Shown here piece after piece: positions 63,732 through 64,000 of a stretch of DNA of 64,000 nt; positions within the stretch are counted from its first letter, which is position 1, and every line of letters starts with the position of its first letter. The stretch is from positions 3,286,001 through 3,350,000 of the forward strand of contig OX597832.1 of the NCBI GenBank assembly GCA_951406725.2, in the 5' to 3' direction. The DNA comes from Octopus vulgaris (lineage: Eukaryota). The notes beneath the pieces were generated by a model. The model worked only from the letters and a program-made list of their open reading frames with translations. It made no database searches and was not told where the DNA came from. A program made the position numbers and the translations under genes.

Positions 63732-64000
63732 CATCATCATCATCATCATTTAATGTCCGCTTTCCATGCTGGTATGGGTTGGACGGTTTGACTGAGGTCT
63801 GTCAAACCAGTGGGCTGCACCAGGCTCCAATCTGATCTGGCAGAGTTTCTACAGCTGGATGCCCTTCCTAACGCCAACCACTCCGAGAGTGTAGTCGGTG
63901 CCTTTACATGCCACCAGCACGAGGGTCAGTCAGGTGAAACTGGTAATGGCCATGCTTAAAGTGTGTTTTTTACGTGCCACCTGCCCAGGAGCCAGTCCAG
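63732..64000 (-). mobile_element. SINE-like family D, runs off the window end
   Basis: (CAT)n tail and GCTGGATGCCCTTCCTAACGCCAACC core. Confidence 0.85.

Overview
Eukaryotic, very AT-rich, microsatellite- and SINE-dense DNA whose repeat families look like those of Octopus (inferred from memory of the repeats, not searched). The only host gene I can support is a type IV collagen, alpha2-like chain, on the minus strand. It has 13 GT-AG exons between 26489 and 215 (1183 nt, about 394 codons) running from the Cys-rich 7S domain into the interrupted Gly-X-Y helix, and it continues beyond position 1. Its signal-peptide exon is not securely located. Positions 26.5-64 kb contain no collagen exon and are probably a long 5' intron or upstream region. 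Most ORFs in the supplied track are microsatellite or repeat artefacts. The rest of the window is mobile DNA: four SINE-like families, two R4/Dong-like LINE fragments in (TAA)n tracts, CR1 and RTE fragments, solo LTRs, Tc1/mariner remnants, a Helentron-type non-autonomous element and MITEs. The most notable item is a 267-bp near-perfect inverted repeat (47086-47989) in which each arm carries a Penelope-type minimal hammerhead ribozyme motif. Also notable are a spacer-less 262-bp palindrome and a candidate 3-nt microexon.
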